Below are positions 57,281 through 64,000 of a stretch of DNA of 64,000 bases, in pieces. The number at the start of each line of letters is the position of its first letter. Positions within the stretch are counted from its first letter, which is position 1. The position numbers and the translations under genes were made by a program. Source of the DNA: Eledone cirrhosa (Eukaryota); the NCBI GenBank assembly GCA_964016885.1, contig OZ024740.1, forward strand, positions 67,580,001 through 67,644,000. The letters are read 5' to 3'. The notes below the pieces were generated by a model, which saw nothing but the letters and a program-made list of their open reading frames with translations, was not told the origin of the DNA and did not search any database.

Positions 57281-57334
57281 GCTTCAACACACAATTTCAT
57301 ACTAAAAAAAACTTGCAAAATAAATTCATCGCCG

Positions 57335-57369
<35 letters not shown>

Positions 57370-58164
57370 GTAGGAAGAACGGCTGGAAGGCATCATCAAA
57401 CCGGTGATTTGGCTTTAACTGTTTCGATAGTGAAAACCGCTAAAAGGCAGCCATGTGTCAGATAGAGTGGTGGTTAACAGTAATGAACTAATTCATTCGA
57501 TTTAAACCAATCCCTTACAAAGCATATTTTGGCCTACGTAATCGCGGTTCATGGATTTCCTACGATCACCTCAACAACACACTTGTGATGTAACATATAC
57601 GTTACGGCGTATGTTACAGAAACCATTAATGTATTGGCCAGATGGAATCAAGCGTTACACAATTATTGAACTGTCGTGTACCTTAATTTAATGGGCGCGC
57701 TAAAGTCCGTCTATCCATTTTCATACAGGAGGCTTTAGTCCATCCGAGGCTAAATTAAAATACACCTACGCATGAGGTTACGAAGTGAGATCGAAATCCA
57801 TACTCGACCATGTCTACGTTCATGCTTAACCAATAACAGATTATTAAGTACATATAATTTCGTAATCTAAAATGTTCATTAATCGTTATATTATATAATC
57901 TGTATATGATATAATCTTCATATTATATAATCTTTATATTATATACTTTTTTCATGCCTTTTTTATTTAAGGGTAAGTTCAATTAAAACAAAGAAATAAT
58001 TCATTATTCATTTCTGTATTTTCAGTCAAAATTCATAAACGAATGTGTTAATTACACTATAAACATTTTCATAGTGTTATGTGTTTTAGTTCGTTTACGC
58101 AGGAGACTTGCTGAAAATATCAGTTGATAACGTCTATTGAATATTTTGTAATTATATACATATG

Positions 58165-59107
<943 letters not shown>

Positions 59108-59131
59108 ATATATATATATATATAAATAAAT

Positions 59132-59208
<77 letters not shown>

Positions 59209-59314
59209 TTAGTATATCTACAAACATATGTATACAGATGTATACCCATGCTAGCAAATATATATGTTATGTCTTAGTACCTTTGTGGTTCTATGCAGGG
59301 GGATGCAGAACAAT

Positions 59315-59418
59315 TATATGAAAGACGTAAAATAAGAAAATGTTTAAATTAACTTACTTACTAAAATTTTAGTAATTAAGTTAATTTTAAAATTTTCTTA
59401 TTTTACGTCTTTCATATA
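59315..59418. repeat. AT-rich ~104-bp palindrome
   Basis: tatatgaaagacgtaaaataagaaaa..ttttcttattttacgtctttcatata. Confidence 0.85.
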
Positions 59419-59442
59419 TATATATATATATATATATAGTTT

Positions 59443-59607
59443 TGCTGGATTTTGACCGTTGGTCAGTCAATGGCAACATTGAAGACCGAATAAATTAGAT
59501 TACCGATATAAAAGACACAGAAGCGAAAAGCGTAAACCAACGAAACAGTGAGTGTGTTCTGTTATTTATTCTGGAAATATTACACAAATATGACACTCCC
59601 CAAGTAT

Positions 59608-59612
<5 letters not shown>
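59443..59612 (+). mobile_element. Family D module
   Basis: Hairpin GGTC..TCAATG-gcaa-CATTGA..GACC and terminus TGACACTCCCCAAGTATAACAA(TA)n. Confidence 0.75.
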
Positions 59613-59701
<89 letters not shown>

Positions 59702-59742
59702 ATATATACAAATATACTGAAGATATATTCATATATACACTC

Positions 59743-60149
59743 GACCTGAAAAATGCGCAAGCTCAAAAGAGCCACAGAATGTTATAATAAACCTTCAAAT
59801 GTGGGGACTAAAGTTGTTGCTAAAAAATATTGTAATCATTATCTATCCTACACTCTGTGGCTTCCTTCTATAAAAAAAGATATTTATGCTAATGTTCAAT
59901 ATATCATATTATATGTTTAGTAATGATTAATACGAAATGCACTTAAACCGAATTCTATATTATAAATTCACTTAAATAATTATTGTGTCGTCTTGAGTTC
60001 GTTATGAGACTCTTTTTTTATAAAAGGATGCCTCAGAGTGTACGATAGATAATGATTACAATATTTTTTAGCAACAACTCTAATCCCACACTTTTGAAAG
60101 TTCATTATAACATTCTGTGGCTCTTTTGAGCTTGCGCATTTTTCAGGTC
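59743..60149. mobile_element. Fold-back/MITE-like element with long inverted arms
   Basis: gacctgaaaaatgcgcaagctcaaaagagccacagaatgttataat.. / ..attataacattctgtggctcttttgagcttgcgcatttttcaggtc; arms clearly pair over at least 135 bp. Confidence 0.8.
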
Positions 60150-61057
60150 TAGTTTAATAATTTTTTAAGGCAACGTTTGTAATAACTCTAGTTAAACATT
60201 ATATATATTAATAATAAACTATCGTTGTTATGTAATTAGAGGATATAATTGTTATTTTATAAATGATCTTATAAATATTATTGTAAGATGTATAAAAATA
60301 TTTTCAGACTTTTAATATAAACAACTACAAAAAACTATGAATATTAAATAAATATATTTTACATAATAATTGTTATAGTTGAATTAATAAAAATTAAATA
60401 TTACATACAAATAGTCTAACATAATAATAAAAAAATAATCTAACATAATAATAATAAAATAATCTAACATAAAACGAACAATAATATGGACAAATATACA
60501 AGTAAATATGTTACAATCAATATTATAAGCATGTTATAACGAACTGAAAAAAATAGTTAATAAAAATTTAAAAAATCATATATAAATTAACAATATAACT
60601 TACCAAAACGAGAAAAATATTTTGATGATAAAACGACGAAATACTGGAGGAAGATTCGAAAGCGAAACGATAAATAAACGTGCAAACAAAATGGCGGATG
60701 CTTTTAAGCAACAATTACTCTCGTTGGTTGATTAGCCAATAAGACGATGAAATTAGCCAATAAGACGATACATTACAAAACATGTTCGTCAGCGATCATC
60801 ACCACGGTCAGCGACACCCCTTGAATGTTTTATTCACAAGCTACGCATATATGTCATACAGACACGCATACTTAAAATATTCTGTTGTTAGTCACTGCGT
60901 GTCTAACAGATAAGTATAGGCATACATATGAGGGAGTCCGAGAGATACCAATTTGGCTCGATGAAGGAATTAATAAAAATCAATTATTCAGAGCATAATA
61001 AAAATTAATTTAGAAAACTCAAATAAGATGAATAAGTATTCACCTATTTACTGAGAG

Positions 61058-61129
61058 TGTTTCTACTGCAGTTTCATTGATCAAAACTCAGCCTTTTGAA
61101 ATGTGAAAATATCAAATCATCAGGGAACA
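61058..61129 (-). ncRNA. Type I hammerhead candidate (U.U at base of stem II)
   Basis: TGTTCC-CTGATGA-T-TTGAT..ATCAA-T-GAAAC-TGCA-GTA-GAAACA; palindromic loop III, GUA triplet, one mismatch in stem I. Confidence 0.72.
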
Positions 61130-61429
61130 TTTTCAAAATAGAAAGAATTCGTGTTGTTCGCTAGCAGCGATATTATTCGAACGGATGAATTATCACGTGG
61201 TTAGCATCCTACAGAGAGGCAGGAGCATGTGGAGAATAACATGTAAAAAATCTGCTATATATAACAGTCCGAATCGGCTAAATTCTTTCCTCGACCACAA
61301 GGGAGTAATTGACAAATATATTGAAGATATATACATATATACACAGGACACTAATCACGTGATAATCCTCCAGTACGAATTTTATCGCTACTAGCGGAAA
61401 ACTCGGTCGATTTATTTCTAGTTTGGAAA

Positions 61430-61500
61430 TGTCCCCTACTGATTTGAGATTTTCACAGCTCAAAATGTGGGGTTTGCTCAATGAAACTGCAGTAAGGTAC
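61430..61500 (+). ncRNA. Decayed partner hammerhead
   Basis: CTACTGA-T-TTGAG..CTCAA-T-GAAAC-TGCA-GTA; core mutated, stem II covaries with the 61058 copy. Confidence 0.5.
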
Positions 61501-61854
61501 CCTGAGTAAATAGATATTTATTTATTTATTTTCGGTTCCCAAATTAATTTGGCTTTGTGGTGAGGGTATTCGGTTCACGATTGTGAAGTCGTGAGTTTCC
61601 TTCGGTGCCTTGAGCAAGATATTTTATTTTCATGTTGCTCCGGTCCACTCAGCTGGCAATAATTTGTTGTACCTCTAATTCGAAGGGACAGTATTGTCGT
61701 ATTCTGTATGAGACCGAATCTCCCTGAGAACTACCTTACGCGTACTCGTTTTATGGAATGCTCAGCCACTTGTACGTTAATTTCACGAGTAGTTTGTTCC
61801 GTTGATCTCATCAACTGGAAAACTCGATGTCGTAACCGACGTAGTGCCTTCCAT

Positions 61855-63887
<2,033 letters not shown>

Positions 63888-63899
63888 ACGGCGATGTAT

Positions 63900-63997
63900 T
63901 AGTTTTGCGAAAAGCGAAAACCAACCAAACAGTGAGTGTGTTCTGTTATTAATTCTGGCAATATTACACAAATATGACCCTCCCCAAGTATAACAAT
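63900..63997 (+). mobile_element. Family D 3' fragment
   Basis: aaacagtgagtgtgttctgttatt..tgaccctccccaagtataacaa, near-identical to 59543-59612. Confidence 0.8.
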
Positions 63998-64000
63998 ATA

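Larger units (their letters stand above)
61003..61550. mobile_element. Diverged ~205-bp inverted repeat, each arm carrying a hammerhead motif
   Basis: 61003-61211 is reverse-complementary to 61344-61550 (e.g. gctagcagcgata/tatcgctactagc, ttatcacgtg/cacgtgataa, tactgcagtttcattga/tcaatgaaactgcagta). Confidence 0.8.

Overview
AT-rich, microsatellite-saturated animal DNA with no recognisable host gene. The repeat landscape suggests a mollusc, probably an octopus (inference). Most track ORFs are translations of (TA)n/(CA)n tracts. Real coding remnants are all transposon-derived: three Naiad-like Penelope-like elements (PLEs; RT + C-terminal GIY-YIG), one PLE of another lineage with an uninterrupted 3' ORF, a decayed GIY-YIG tail, an RTE LINE, a CR1/L2-group LINE and a possible APE remnant. 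Also present: a tandem array of tRNA-derived SINEs, a degenerate TTAGGG tract and a 200-N gap. The main signal, found by manual folding, is a set of type I hammerhead-ribozyme motifs. Two lie in PLE 3' regions, the rest in short non-coding modules mostly ending in (TA)n. Several have very long stem II, a U3-A8 core covariation or a U.U pair at the base of stem II. Several module copies are fold-back palindromes centred on or beside the hammerhead. PLE hammerheads are known; these variants and the fold-back geometry merit testing. No ribozyme activity is demonstrated here.
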